63,952 nt of DNA, filler included, from Octopus bimaculoides (GCF_001194135.2; 7 parts of 7 records of this genome joined end to end with filler, not necessarily neighbours in it); one strand, 5' to 3'; positions 25,338-39,197 are shown, numbered from the whole stretch's first letter. Numbers and translations are program-made. The notes: a model not told the origin generated them from the sequence alone.

Positions 25338-25800
25338 TAATGCAGTACCTCGTGGCTTCTGATCTTAACTGATTGGAAGTGTTATCATGTACATTGATTG
25401 GTCTTGGTATAAAAGATGGGCTAATATTCTGCTCAATACCATAGATTTGCTTGTCAGTTGCTTGACCTTAACCAGTTAAGCATTCCTTTAGTGGCTGACG
25501 ATATGCACATCTCTGATTATGAGCAGAAGTAGTGGGGGAGCATCATAGCCATGTGTTTTGGGGTTTGAATAATTCACCTCTGGAAACATAGCTGTTTCGT
25601 TCAATATCCTTAATCCTTCAATATCCTTAAGCAGGAATCTTTTGAGAGGGATGGACTATTCGACCCGAAGAAAATTCTAAGTGGACCCCCACCTGCAAGG
25701 TAATGCACTGTATATCTTGATATTTGATCACCATATCGTGCACATATGGTTGTGATGCATGTGCCTGGTGTACCCTTATCTGACGGGTAGTCATGATGGG
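25338..25800 (+). mobile_element. Non-coding repeat abutting (AAT)n, probable LINE UTR
   Basis: Recognised from memory as an abundant octopus repeat (ggcttctgatcttaactgattggaagtgttatcatg...gggtagtcatgatggg); no second full copy in the window. Confidence 0.45.
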
Positions 25801-25939
25801 TATATATATATATATATATATAAGGTTTGGATACATTTTAAAGCTTCCTATATAAACTTTAATTTTTAACATAACCTATATATATAAGTTATATTAAAAG
25901 GAAGACCATTGCTGACATTTAGGAACATTGTGTGCTATA

Positions 25940-26355
25940 GGAATAACTTATATTTTTGCATTTGCGGCTTCGATAGTGGCTAATGAGCCCCGCTCTTGAC
26001 AAGCATACACGACTGCAAGCATTGCAAACCAAGCTTTCCCCATTCACTACACTAACAGTGCGCTTTTGAGCAGCATGCTTAAATTATTCATGCAGAATAC
26101 GTGCTCTCTGAAAGTTCTCGACCCCGCCTCCTTAGCCTGCTTCTTCCATCTGTGGTGATGACAGGCATTGCTCTCCCGGTCAGTCTCCTGCATTTCACTG
26201 GCTTTTAATGAGGATTTGACACAACCCTTAAATCGCAGCCTTGGCTTCTGCCGAGGTTTCTTTCCACTAACAAGTTCCCCATATAGCATCTGTTCAGGGA
26301 TCCTGCTATCCTTGATTCTAATATGGTGTCCATTCCAACGTAACCGGTGCTTGTG
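25940..26355 (-). mobile_element. RTE-BovB-like LINE ORF C-terminus
   Basis: RLRWNGHHIRIKDSRIPEQMLYGELVSGKKPRQKPRLRFKGCVKSSLK and terminal LVCNACSRVCLSRAGLISHYRSR zinc-finger-like motif. Confidence 0.88.
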
Positions 26356-26535
26356 CACATACATACATACATACATACATACATACATGTGTGTGTGTGT
26401 GTGTGCGTATTCGTGTGTGAATGTATATGTATGCATATGTATTGATACTCATGAAATGAACTAAAAACAGAAACTAAATGAAATGAACCAGAAACAGAGC
26501 AAAATAGCACACACACTTACACACACAAACACACA

Positions 26536-26572
<37 letters not shown>

Positions 26573-26620
26573 GCACACATACACACACGAACACACATAC
26601 TCATGCACACAAACAACCAC
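26355..26620. repeat. (CATA)/(GT)/(CA) microsatellites
   Basis: Direct reading. Confidence 0.9.
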
Positions 26621-26944
26621 CATACAGACAAACGAAAGAGAGAAGATAAAAAAAGAAAGGAAAAAGGAAAAGAGACAACACAATCCAATTGTAAAGTGTA
26701 TTGGTTCTGTGATTGTAGTTAATTGTTGTATAACAATTGCTATGGACACAACTGATATGCTAGTCAGCGTTCTTGAAGGTCTTTGGATGTAATTGTTTCG
26801 AAACAGCAGCAGAGGAATTGGTTAGAAATATCTATGGGTTCCATTGACCTTGGCAACTAATTACCATCAGACTATGTCGGATCAATTCCTTTGTTTTCTG
26901 CTTTTATTTGCTACAGACTCTTCACATTTGAAAAGAGAATAACA

Positions 26945-26971
26945 CTAATAATAGTAATAATAATGATAATA

Positions 26972-27022
<51 letters not shown>

Positions 27023-27030
27023 GTGATAGC
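26945..27030. repeat. (AAT)/(ATG)n microsatellite
   Basis: Direct reading. Confidence 0.95.
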
Positions 27031-27329
27031 GATGACTCATGTCTTTTTTAGTTTTTTTTTTTTTTGCTTGTTTCAGGCATTGGCCTGCAACCGAGCTTGG
27101 CACCACATCAAAGGTTTTAGTACATCAAATCGGCCTCAGTAGTTTTTTTTCTTTCAAATTTATAGTCTCGTACTTAATATAGCAGTCACTCTTATCGAAC
27201 AGTAAAATTACGGGGGACATAAACAAACTATTTCCGCGCGTCGTATAATGTGGTATCACAATCACTATCATTTTTTTCAAACCCTTTTCGTATAGTAAGG
27301 TTTTGGCGTTCGTATTCACGCCAGTGCAG

Positions 27330-28375
27330 CAAGCTAGTATTTGTATTGGGGTCTTGTAATGATGATTGTTGCTGATAGGACCCTATGAAGGAGATGACTG
27401 AGGATTTTATACTCAGAGCTTACCCAGGAATAGTCGGCGGAGATAGTGGATGGATGGATGGATGGTTCGAGAGAAGATAGACTACTCGACCAGTGAGACT
27501 CGTCTGAAAGTCTTCGAGCAAAAATAAATGTTGGAATGCTTTTTTCAGACGTAACTGCAGCATTCAATACTTCTGTTCGACCTTTGAATAATAGATTCTT
27601 CAATATTTGACATGTTTTCCATTCGCCTGTTGAACCTTCTGGAGTTCGGTCCATGTTAGATGGTATTTTTTTGTCTCTGCTTCTCTTCTCTCGTCGACTC
27701 GTCGATAAAGGACTCTTGCGATGGGCTTGTCCTGATCACGTCATACATTGAGGTCTCAAAGTCCGTGACATGAATCATATGAAAGAGATATGTGTGATTG
27801 CGTACATGAGTGTGTGTGAGTGGTGTGTGCATGTGTATGTCCGCTTGTGTTTTGGTAGACTTGCGTATGAAAGGCAACTTGTTGTAGGTGTTACTGTGCT
27901 GTCGCTGTTCTTCTTGTCGTTGTCGTTGTTGTTGGTGGTGGAACTGTTTTTCTGGTCTGTAGTATTCGTTTCTGCTGTTGTAACTGTTTGGAGAGTTTCC
28001 ACTACAGATATTGGTGCTGTTGTTGCTGCTGCTGTAGTTGCTACCATTGTTGATACTACCAAAGTTGTTCCTGTTGTTATTTTTTCGGTTACTGCGGTTG
28101 ATGGTATGATTTCAGAAATTATTGTCGCGTTGTTGTTGTCGTTCTGGTTGTAGCGTTTGCACTAGTACAGGATTCTCTTCTGTTGCCGTTTGTTGTGAAC
28201 AGCAACCCCTCAGGTGATTGCTGCTGCTACATGTGTGATAGTCAACCTTTCTACTCTTCACTACAACGCGCTGTCGGTTTCCATTTGGGAGGTTTACTAG
28301 GTGGGGAATTATATCCGGGTTTTCAAGTAGTACTCGGATCAGATCCATTACCTCAACACCAATTCTGAGCCAATT
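27330..28375 (-). mobile_element. Decayed L1/Tx1-like ORF1 (zinc knuckle plus low-complexity tail)
   Basis: GNWLRIGVEVMDLIRVLLENPDIIPHLVNLPNGNRQRVVVKSRKVDYHTCSSSNHLRGCC (degenerate CCHC), followed by T/N/S-rich frameshifted segments. Confidence 0.5.
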
Positions 28376-28454
28376 TCCCCTGATTGCATTTTAAGAGAAT
28401 TTTTTTTTATATATGTCCCTCCCTTTATCGAAAACTTATAGCAACATCAGCAGA

Positions 28455-29180
28455 ACTACCACCACCATCACGCGACGATGACGACGACGACGACCACCAT
28501 CACCGCCACCACCGCCACCACCGTCACCACTATCNNNNNNNNNNNNNNNNNNNNNNNNNNNNNNNNNNNNNNNNNNNNNNNNNNNNNNNNNNNNNNNNNN
28601 NNNNNNNNNNNNNNNNNNNNNNNNNNNNNNNNNNNNNNNNNNNNNNNNNNNNNNNNNNNNNNNNNNNNNNNNNNNNNNNNNNNNNNNNNNNNNNNNNNNN
28701 NNNNNNNNNNNNNNNNNNNNNNNNNNNNNNNNNNNNNNNNNNNNNNNNNNNNNNNNNNNNNNNNNNNNNNNNNNNNNNNNNNNNNNNNNNNNNNNNNNNN
28801 NNNNNNNNNNNNNNNNNNNNNNNNNNNNNNNNNNNNNNNNNNNNNNNNNNNNNNNNNNNNNNNNNNNNNNNNNNNNNNNNNNNNNNNNNNNNNNNNNNNN
28901 NNNNNNNNNNNNNNNNNNNNNNNNNNNNNNNNNNNNNNNNNNNNNNNNNNNNNNNNNNNNNNNNNNNNNNNNNNNNNNNNNNNNNNNNNNNNNNNNNNNN
29001 NNNNNNNNNNNNNNNNNNNNNNNNNNNNNNNNNNNNNNNNNNNNNNNNNNNNNNNNNNNNNNNNNNNNNNNNNNNNNNNNNNNNNNNNNNNNNNNNNNNN
29101 NNNNNNNNNNNNTTCGCCTTCGCCGCCGCAACCACCGCCACCACCACCACCACAACCACAACGACGACGACCGCCACCTT
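28455..29180. repeat. (CAC)/(GAC)/(CCG) triplet repeats flanking an N-gap
   Basis: Direct reading. Confidence 0.85.
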
Positions 29181-29730
29181 AACTTTCCCCACTCATCGGT
29201 CCCTGTATGAAGACAAATTTTTCACATCTGCAGGGAATTATGAAAAAGCACTGAGCTTGAATTATCGTTATCTGTATAAACGTCTCGCCTTTAATTAATT
29301 TTTACTTCGAAAATATCTTATCTATTCCTTATACTTCTAAAGACAATAATATGTGATTTGAGAAATATTTTAACTTTTATGTCTAGCACTTCCAGTGCTC
29401 ACACTAAGGGTCTCTCGACGTCTAATATACCTACTTGTAATATACTCGTAGACAATCCAATCCAATAAGGCCCACCTCTGTAAATATGTTCTTTTGTGCG
29501 ACGAAATAAAAAAAATCGATAATTCCAGTAGTGAATTGAAAACTTGCGTTGTGTCTAATCGAATCCTAGGTTCATTAAAAAAAATGATCTCTGTTGAGAC
29601 GATCCAAGTGATTGGTTGGTTGATTGGACGAAGCTCATTATATTTATTGGCGTTTGATTAATCGAGCACATAAAGATCAATGATAGAGTCGATTTTGTTA
29701 TTGTTGTTACTGATTTATTGTTTTTGCGTT

Positions 29731-29935
29731 AAGGGCGGCGAGATGGCAGAATCGTTAGCACGCCCGGCAAAAATGCTTTGCGGTATTTCGCCCGTCTTTA
29801 CGTTCTGGGTTCAAATTCCGCCAAGGTCGACTTAGCCTTTTATCCTTTCGGGGTCGGTAAATTAAGTACCAGCTGCGTACTGTGGTCGATGTAATCGATG
29901 ATCCCTCTCTTCACAAATTCCAGGCCTTGTTGAAA
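29731..29935 (+). mobile_element. tRNA-derived SINE family A
   Basis: gggcggcgagatggcagaatcgttagcacg...ctgggttcaaattccgcc...ggtcgatgtaatcga...ttccaggccttg. Confidence 0.9.
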
Positions 29936-29939
29936 GGGG

Positions 29940-30240
29940 TCATTGTTGTTGCTTTAGTCTTTGTTGTCGTTCGAGTAGTTGTTGTAGTTATTGCATTTGT
30001 AAAATCATCAGCATTAGTAGTAGTAATAGTAGTAGATGTAATAGTAATAGCAGTAGTATTGATAGTATTTATTGTTACTTTAGTTGTGTGATAGTAATTG
30101 TTTTGGTTGCTTTAGTTGTTGTTGCAGTAGTAGTAGTAGTAGTTGTAGTAGTAGTAGTTGTAGTAGTAGTAGTTGTAGTAGTAGTAGTAGTGGTGGTGGT
30201 GGGGTGGTAGTAGTAGTAGTAGTAGTAATTTTGCTGTCGT
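29940..30240. repeat. (GTT)/(GTA)/(GTG) triplet field
   Basis: Direct reading. Confidence 0.85.
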
Positions 30241-30649
30241 TGTATCAGTTTCAGTTGTTGTGAATAAGGTTACTGTAGTAGTTGATAGCCACAGGTCAAC
30301 CTTCATCAAGCAAGGACGATCCCAGTCGGATTGTTTTGATCAAAAGCATTCCAGGTGTGATCATCCTCTAACATATTTCAGCCACAGTGTATTAAGGGCT
30401 GTAGCATCCAGTGTATCTTTCCTCCGTTTTCTATAAACATTGTTACTGGGATGCGATTTAAGAGATATTATGGCTTCTATTTCTAGCATTTCAAAGTTCC
30501 TCTCCTTTGGCGCTTGAAGATACTGTAGAAATATTTTTTTAAAATAGTGTAAGTTCGACATTTTAATTTTCGTGTTCTGTCTCCACAATCACGTTATTAG
30601 CTATTGATATGTGTTATATAGACACAGGTTCGATTCCCCAAAGGAAAGG

Positions 30650-31318
30650 GTTCGAGTAACGAGAATCCAATGTTGAGACTTGCAGACAGCTTGCCTGTGT
30701 AAGTGCTTTCAATCGAAAGTTCCGCATACCGGACGCCAATACGATTCAGAAGTCTTCAAGAGAGAATGCGCACCATTTCGAGGCCTTCCTTGCACCGGCT
30801 TTACAGCAGACTGGCTCCTTACCTTAATGTAAGGTCCCACCTACTGGATCACCTGACTAGTATTCAATCTTAAATCCTTCATCCCGGAACATCGGCACTA
30901 TTCAAATTGTGGGGTTGTGTAGGTTTGACTTGCCATATAGGTAAACAGAGACCTGCCTCACAACTTTACATTACCTCTCTAACCAGGTTTCGTCATCCAT
31001 TTTCAGCCATATTCAATTTTTAGCTCTCCCTCTCAATTAGCGACTGGATTTCTTTCAAGATGGCGTTTGCTTGACGATTATTCACGCTAGCTGATAACAT
31101 CCACCATCCAAGGTTGAATTCAATAAAAACTCTACATCCAACTTCTACAGGAAAGCGACTGCACTCCGACCAGCACCATGACAGTCTTCTAGTAGCACCT
31201 CATAAGGCACGTCTTTCTTAACCTGAGCAGCACCAATATTGTCGTCATGCGGCACCGTAAATTCAACAAGTTGTACTATCTTATGTTCCTCATGCCAGAC
31301 TGCCGTCTTAGATAAACA
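30650..31318 (-). mobile_element. HERO/NeSL-like RLE retrotransposon 3' fragment (endonuclease end and 3' UTR)
   Basis: AVWHEEHKIVQLVEFTVPHDDNIGAAQVKKDVPYEVLLEDCHGAG...FPVEVGCRVF matches IELTVP...FPVEVGCRGF; the 3' UTR is homologous to 58370-58556. Confidence 0.8.
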
Positions 31319-33927
31319 TGTGAACCTGTGCTGACCAATTCCAAATACTGTCGTTGAATAGAAACATTAACAGAAGAAATAAACTTTAGGCATTGCTCTC
31401 TATAACGATTTACACTAGATAATCAACGGAATAAATTGGATAAAATAAAGACAATTAAATTACTAATTGCAAGATCGCAGACATTCTTATTTCATTTTTA
31501 TTAGTGAGTCCGAAGAAAGTACCTATGACCTGTACAGGCACTTTGAGACTAACCAGCTTGATGCTGTTAATTTCTCGTTTAAATGTTGTTCAAGATAAAC
31601 AGGAAAAACATGAGCAAGAAGATTCCAAAAGAGTGAGGTTCTAGAGAAGGAGGGAGTGGGAATAATGGTTATTTCGGGCCTAAGGGAGTTGGCCTCAATA
31701 ATTATGATAAGAGGCAGAGAAACGAGTGCGTCTTACTGTGTCTCAGTGGACGAGGCTGTTAGGGATATAATGACCCATAGTCTTTTACTACTGAACATGG
31801 CATTCAAACTGTCGCGTCTCTTATGGGAGTGGAAGATGATAGGGATAAGACGAACAATAGCTTTCAGCACGTTAACGTGGCGTTAAACTTGTGGCGTCTC
31901 TGGAAGTCAACCTCCCTACCATGCGAGCGTTTACGCTCGGAATTTGTGGCTAACGGACAGTTGTGTTTTTGCTGATTGTTGTACGATTTCTTTTCTTCAT
32001 CCCTGGGATCCAGCTGGTTATATTTTATTAGTCTGGTTTGTACTCAAGGCTCAAATTACAAATACACTTACAGTTACAACAGATGTACTAAATCAACCAG
32101 TTCCAATGAAGAGAGACCTCTATAGTCGACAAGCGATAAAAAAGACAGTGACTGAAGACATTTTGCCTGCATGTCAGAGGCACGATATATCTGTTAGTAA
32201 TTTAGTTAGTCACGTAGCCTATCTAAATAGAATATCCATAACCTTCACAACAACTCAGGGATTGTTGCGCTTGATACCCATTAATATTTTATTTAAATCT
32301 TACAGGCCAATACCTACAGAAAAGATATAACCAGGAAGGCGATTCTACTGGGATGAGGTTCTGGAAAGGAAAGAGTGGGCATAATAATTAGTGTAGAACC
32401 AGGATGTTTGGTCTTACCAAATGTTTGGCATGACGCTTAAAACACTGAATTCTAAAGGAGAAGTACTTTGAGGAAACTAAATATAACAGTCCTCCCTCTT
32501 CTTAAGAATACCAGTCTTATACCACTCTTAAGAATATCACTCTTATACCAGTTCTCACTCTTCTTAAGAATACAGAGGAAACTGTCGAGGTTTATTATGA
32601 TGAAGGGGGCTTTGTAAAAAACAAACCTTTCACTACTTACCGAGGATCTTGCCGGATGTAACGTTAGATTTAATGAATATACTGACTTTGTTATATACAA
32701 GAAGGACCAATGGTAGATGTGGAGTGCTAAGTGTTGGATGGGATACATTTTTTTTTTTTTTTTTTTTGCATTAAGGACATTTCCAAGATCACAACAACTG
32801 GAAGCCGCAAAGTAGCCACGCACAATATGCTAAAAGCAAATGGCCAAATCTCTCTGAAATTACATTCCAAAGTACAATGCTGAATAATCTGTACTTCAGT
32901 AAAAAAAACTATCAATCATAATACGTCTACAAGATCAGAACTGACCTAGTGCCACACAACAACAACAACAACAACAACAAAAGCAACAGCAGCAGCTATA
33001 AGAGTAATAACATTAACGATAAGATAGACATCATCATCAACAACAACAACAACAAAAACAACAACACTTACAGAAGACAATGTTTAGAGAGACGTAAGAG
33101 AAAATGTAATGTTTTCAAAGCAACAACAAGCGAAGACAACTTTGTAAGTATCTAAACTCGGATTACTGTCAGCAGAATCAAAATACAACTAAAATGCTTG
33201 TTCAGTATTTCCCTATTTCGGATATTTACCAAATATTATAAAAAGCTATATCCAATAAACAACTTACATATACAATCGATCGACAAAGTTTAAACCTATA
33301 TATCGATCACTGCAATGTTTCTATAAAGAAATTAGATCCGAACAAAATTACTTGATAGTCTCAGTTTCATCTTATATTTTCTTTATCTTGGTCGCCATAT
33401 TTGAGTTCTTATTTTGTTGTTGTTTATATTTTAATGTCATTCATTTTGTTTCCTCTGATATTCGTCATTAACGTGATGTCGTGGATGTTATTGTTGTTAT
33501 AGTCTTTTGCTTTTTTCTTTTTGATGTCTTTAATTAATGCCGACGCTTGCCTTTCGCCTTTCTCTGACGTAGAATATCTTCATGTCGTTCTAATTAAATT
33601 TAAAAAAAAAAGACAGGCGAGGAATAAACAGTGAAGCAGCATGGTGTGGCTTTTATGCCTTTCTTAATAATATTTGCTTCAAATAGCAACGATACAATCC
33701 GTACCAGCATCACTCTTTATATCATGCACAGCGTATTAATGAGGGAACTTCCGGTTGGATAATCGGTTAGCTAGAAATAGCAGCGTAACAGCCGTCTTAG
33801 ATTAAAAAAAAAAGAACAAGTTCGACTATGTAATCCAGGGTTCGCTGTGTAAATGAGCTGACAAGTTAGTCACGGCTGGCTTGACGTTGATCTTTCAGAA
33901 CTTGCAAGAAGCCTAACAATAGCCAGG

Positions 33928-33994
<67 letters not shown>

Positions 33995-35034
33995 CGTGTG
34001 TTTGTGTATATATATANNNNNNNNNNNNNNNNNNNNNNNNNNNNNNNNNNNNNNNNNNNNNNNNNNNNNNNNNNNNNNNNNNNNNNNNNNNNNNNNNNNN
34101 NNNNNNNNNNNNNNNNNNNNNNNNNNNNNNNNNNNNNNNNNNNNNNNNNNNNNNNNNNNNNNNNNNNNNNNNNNNNNNNNNNNNNNNNNNNNNNNNNNNN
34201 NNNNNNNNNNNNNNNNNNNNNNNNNNNNNNNNNNNNNNNNNNNNNNNNNNNNNNNNNNNNNNNNNNNNNNNNNNNNNNNNNNNNNNNNNNNNNNNNNNNN
34301 NNNNNNNNNNNNNNNNNNNNNNNNNNNNNNNNNNNNNNNNNNNNNNNNNNNNNNNNNNNNNNNNNNNNNNNNNNNNNNNNNNNNNNNNNNNNNNNNNNNN
34401 NNNNNNNNNNNNNNNNNNNNNNNNNNNNNNNNNNNNNNNNNNNNNNNNNNNNNNNNNNNNNNNNNNNNNNNNNNNNNNNNNNNNNNNNNNNNNNNNNNNN
34501 NNNNNNNNNNNNNNNNNNNNNNNNNNNNNNNNNNNNNNNNNNNNNNNNNNNNNNNNNNNNNNNNNNNNNNNNNNNNNNNATATATATTATTATTATAATA
34601 CGACAACAAAAGAATGAATGAGACCTCGATATTATGTAAAGTAGAGGAATTTGTCTATAAATATATATGTGCTTGTGTAAATAAATGTATGTGTGAATAA
34701 ATATATATATGTATGTATGCGTATATATATATGTGTATAAATAGAAAGACATAACTAGAAAACTAGTCCGTTAGAAAATCTCTATTCGAGATAGAAGCAG
34801 TATACGAACCAAAAAGTATTGCTTATGGTCATTTAATGTGGCTGTCCTCAAAGATATTTATTGCAAGCGGGAAGTAACTCCTGCCGCCCTAACTCCAAGA
34901 CCACCAGACCAGGTGGTTTCGATCTGTATTGGATCTCCTCGGTGATGGGTACTCGTTGCCAAGCATGGCAAGTTTTTAACCTCGCTTGTAATATATAGAA
35001 AACACTGTGTCATTCAATCACTGATTTTGTATCA

Positions 35035-35460
35035 ATACATATATATGACGGGCTTCTTTCAGTGTCTTATTTCTTTACTGCCCACAAGGGGCTACACACA
35101 GAGAGGACAAACAAGGACAGACAAACGGATTAAGTCGATTATATCGACCCCAGAGCGTAACTGGTACTTATTTAATCGACCCCGATAGGATGAAAGGCAA
35201 AGTCGACCTCGGCGGAATTTGAACTCAGAATGTAGCGGCAGACAAAATGCCGCTAAACATTTCGCCCGGCGTGCTAACGTTTCTGCTAGCTCGCCGCCTT
35301 TTCAGTTTCTTTCAGGTTCTGCCAACCGAATCTACCGAGAAGGCTTTGATCAACCCGTGGCTATAGTAGAATAAGTGGCCTAAGGTGCCACGCAGGGGGT
35401 CTGAACCCGGAATCATGTGACTGAAGACCAAACTTCTTATGACAAAGTCACGCCTGCGCA
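35035..35460 (-). mobile_element. SINE family B with a nested full-length SINE A (~35064-35299)
   Basis: Target duplication tttcagt at 35057-35063 and 35300-35306 flanks the SINE A. Confidence 0.85.
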
Positions 35461-35584
35461 TATGAAAAATTCTCGAGTGTCACTGGACGCTGATCACTGG
35501 AACAAGGGCTGGGGGAATTCGGGAGAGAGGTGGATAGGGGGGAAGGAGAGGGCAATAATTGTGGGGGATATTGTTGTTATCGAT

Positions 35585-35748
35585 CACCTAATCATCGATG
35601 AACGTGTGATCGTTAATTCTTTTGTAGTTGACGCCATCTTCTTTGACGTCATTATTGTTGCTGCCATCGTCACCAGCGTCGTCGTCATCATCATCATCGC
35701 CACAACCAACATCACCAGCAGCACTAGCACCGCCACCACTACCCACCC

Positions 35749-35798
<50 letters not shown>

Positions 35799-35826
35799 CG
35801 ATCATCATCATCACGATCATCATCAC

Positions 35827-35872
<46 letters not shown>

Positions 35873-36048
35873 GCAATCATCATCATCGCAATCATCATAT
35901 TCATCATCATCATCATCATCATCATCATCTATTTCGTCATCTTCATCATTTTCATCATCACAACCATCACAACCATTATCAACATCATCAAAGATGGCAT
36001 CATCGTCATCATCCTCATTACACTCTTATGATGTCGATATTGATGATA

Positions 36049-36084
<36 letters not shown>

Positions 36085-36190
36085 ATCGTCATCCTCATCA
36101 CCTACATCTACATCGTTATCACTGCCCCCAACAACACCTCACCATCACCACCATAACCCCACTCACAACACCCCACCACCACCACCGCTA
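35585..36190. repeat. (ATC)/(GAT)/(CAC) triplet field
   Basis: Direct reading; source of the poly-I, poly-S and poly-M ORFs. Confidence 0.95.
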
Positions 36191-36429
36191 CATCTTTATC
36201 ATACTCACCGCCATTGACAATGGCGTTACACTACTTGCAACTCCGCTGTCGATATTTCTTTTCTGAGTCGTTTGAAAGCTTTCTTTCTTGAAGTGTTCCC
36301 ATTACTATTACTCGTTGCATTATGTAAATATTGCTTTAGTTAAGATATATTTCTGCGGTGTTTATTGCTTTTCGTAAAAGATTAATAGCGTATTTCTCCA
36401 TTCTTTCATTTTGTTTTATATTCAGCCCT

Positions 36430-36729
36430 CCGTTACTCTTTTACTCTTTTACTTGTTTCAGTCATTTGACTGCAGTCATGCTGGAGCACCGTCTTTTAGT
36501 CGAGCAAATCAACCCCAGGACTTATTCTTTGTAAGCCTAGTACTTATTCTATCGGCCGAACCGCTAAGTTACCTGGACGTAAACACACCACCATCGGTTG
36601 TCAAGCGATGTTGAGGGGACAAACACAGACACACAAACATACACACAAACATACACACACAAATATATATACATATATACGACAGGCTTCTTTCAGTTTC
36701 CGTCTACCAAATCCACTCACAAGGCTTTG
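36430..36729 (-). mobile_element. SINE family B (3' domain, internal TG/TA repeat, part of the head)
   Basis: ttacttgtttcagtcatttgactgc...gctggagcacc...gtttccgtctaccaaatccactcacaaggc. Confidence 0.88.
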
Positions 36730-37279
36730 NNNNNNNNNNNNNNNNNNNNNNNNNNNNNNNNNNNNNNNNNNNNNNNNNNNNNNNNNNNNNNNNNNNNNNN
36801 NNNNNNNNNNNNNNNNNNNNNNNNNNNNNNNNNNNNNNNNNNNNNNNNNNNNNNNNNNNNNNNNNNNNNNNNNNNNNNNNNNNNNNNNNNNNNNNNNNNN
36901 NNNNNNNNNNNNNNNNNNNNNNNNNNNNNNNNNNNNNNNNNNNNNNNNNNNNNNNNNNNNNNNNNNNNNNNNNNNNNNNNNNNNNNNNNNNNNNNNNNNN
37001 NNNNNNNNNNNNNNNNNNNNNNNNNNNNNNNNNNNNNNNNNNNNNNNNNNNNNNNNNNNNNNNNNNNNNNNNNNNNNNNNNNNNNNNNNNNNNNNNNNNN
37101 NNNNNNNNNNNNNNNNNNNNNNNNNNNNNNNNNNNNNNNNNNNNNNNNNNNNNNNNNNNNNNNNNNNNNNNNNNNNNNNNNNNNNNNNNNNNNNNNNNNN
37201 NNNNNNNNNNNNNNNNNNNNNNNNNNNNNNNNNNNNNNNNNNNNNNNNNNNNNNNNNNGTGTCATATAAAGCATCTTTT

Positions 37280-37720
37280 ACTCTTAGTGTTATTGAGAAA
37301 ATTTTATCTTTTTAAAATTATTTTGTGTTAAAATTGTCGTATTTCGGTAATTTCAACCAATCACTGACGTCTATTCAGGTGAAAACAATTACTGCTGTGA
37401 ATCGTTAACAAAGCATTGTGCGGTGTAATGGGATCTTTTCCCTTGAATAAAATTAGTGCCGTTGTTTGTCAACAACAACTATCGGCGGTAATGTTATTTA
37501 TGACATCGTTCGTGCGTTTGTACTGGTTTTAGCTTTAGGATTTTAGGGTTAGGGTTCGCGTTTTTTAGAGTTAAGGTTAGGGTTAGGGTTTTAGGGTTAG
37601 GGTTCGGGTTATGAGTATTGGTAAAAATACTCCTAACCCTAACCCTAACCAATTTTTTTACTTGAAATAACTTCGAATACAAAATTTTTTATCTGTTCTA
37701 TAACACAAAATATACAAGTA
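37280..37720. mobile_element. Unclassified non-autonomous element carrying degenerate TTAGGG and CCCTAA runs
   Basis: (TTAGGG)-like 37543-37611 and (CCTAAC)3 at 37632-37650; element boundaries uncertain. Confidence 0.45.
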
Positions 37721-38593
37721 TACGAAGTTTGAAAGTGTTTCGGTAGAAAACACACTAAATAAAACATAAATAAAAAATGGTGCCCGCCAAATCAGAAAGA
37801 TCCGTGGTGTCTTATGCATAATACATAATGTATAATCATACGTCAGAAAACAAACCCGGGGCAAAAGAAAAGAGATGAAAAAAAAAAAAAAGCGAACAAC
37901 AACGCCATATTGTTGTAATATCTCATAAAATAGACAGTACTTTCCGATGGACAAGGCATCCATTTTCGTTACATAAAGACAACTCTGTAATTCTCAGTCG
38001 GAAAATGCGATAATAAATCAACGAAACGAAACGGGGCAAATAAAACAAAATAAAATAAACAATAACGGACGAAACAACAAAACCTTCGTTTAGTAAACTT
38101 TTTATACAAATTCGTTTATATTTATTTGTTTTATTTAAATTACTTGGTATTCTGACAGTTGGCTTTTGTTGTTTGAAATTCCAGCGGTGGTTGGAGAGTT
38201 TATTTCTGTGTTTACGCTGTTAAGTACTGTTTGTATGGACTTTGTGTATTTGGAATTAATGTGTGTCAGTAGGTTGTCTTAGGATTCTATGGCACTTATA
38301 ACAGACTGCTTCACCTCACACACAAATACGTATACACAAACACACGCACGCATATACGCTCGCATTACTTCACGTAACATCCACACAGATACAGGCGTAT
38401 TGCCACACGCACATACACGCGTACAGACAGAAAGCGGTTTTATTTTGATTACTTTTGGACAAAGCCTTTTGGATAGCAATAACAAGTTAATGATATCAAC
38501 GAAGAAAATGTAAAAACAATATCTATACGTATTCTAAAAAAAAATGGTTTTAATTACCTATTTGCAAACGCTTATTTGCATATTTAGGTAGTT

Positions 38594-38620
38594 ATGTATG
38601 TATGTATGTATGTATGTATG

Positions 38621-38663
<43 letters not shown>

Positions 38664-38680
38664 ATATATATATATATATA

Positions 38681-38733
<53 letters not shown>

Positions 38734-38735
38734 TA
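38594..38735. repeat. (ATGT)(ATCT)(AT)(GT) compound microsatellite
   Basis: Direct reading. Confidence 0.95.
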
Positions 38736-39138
38736 ATAGATCTTAGGGTAGCAAAAAAAATTTTAGAAGTTCTATTTGCTACCAGTGGTCTAGCGAGAAG
38801 AAAAAATTAGTCAATAGAGTATATATTATTCATTTAAATACAGTGTACATTTAAACACATCAGAGATGTCCATAATAGGACATCTAACAAGCTAGAAGGA
38901 GCAGTAAAACTCCACACCACAATTAGGGATAATTTCGAAAGGGAATGAAAAATAAAAACATTTACCATCTATTTTCCAAACATACAGATATACATAATTA
39001 TATAGGTGCTTTCCCTGATGAGAAGGTTACAATTTTAATATCAAAGATCCCTATGGATCACACAGGTTGTAATCCTTTGAAACATATGTAGGAATAAAGT
39101 ATGCAATTATAACATGCGTTTTCTCCATTCCTTAAATT

Positions 39139-39197
<59 letters not shown>

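Noticed and set aside
29230-29298. TPR-like GNYEKALSLNY as a possible second GTF3C3 exon
   Set aside because: No good donor, runs into a stop, and does not match the recalled GTF3C3 sequence.
31925-31960. Sm-site-like aatttgtgg (snRNA or SL RNA?)
   Set aside because: No surrounding snRNA or SL sequence or structure.
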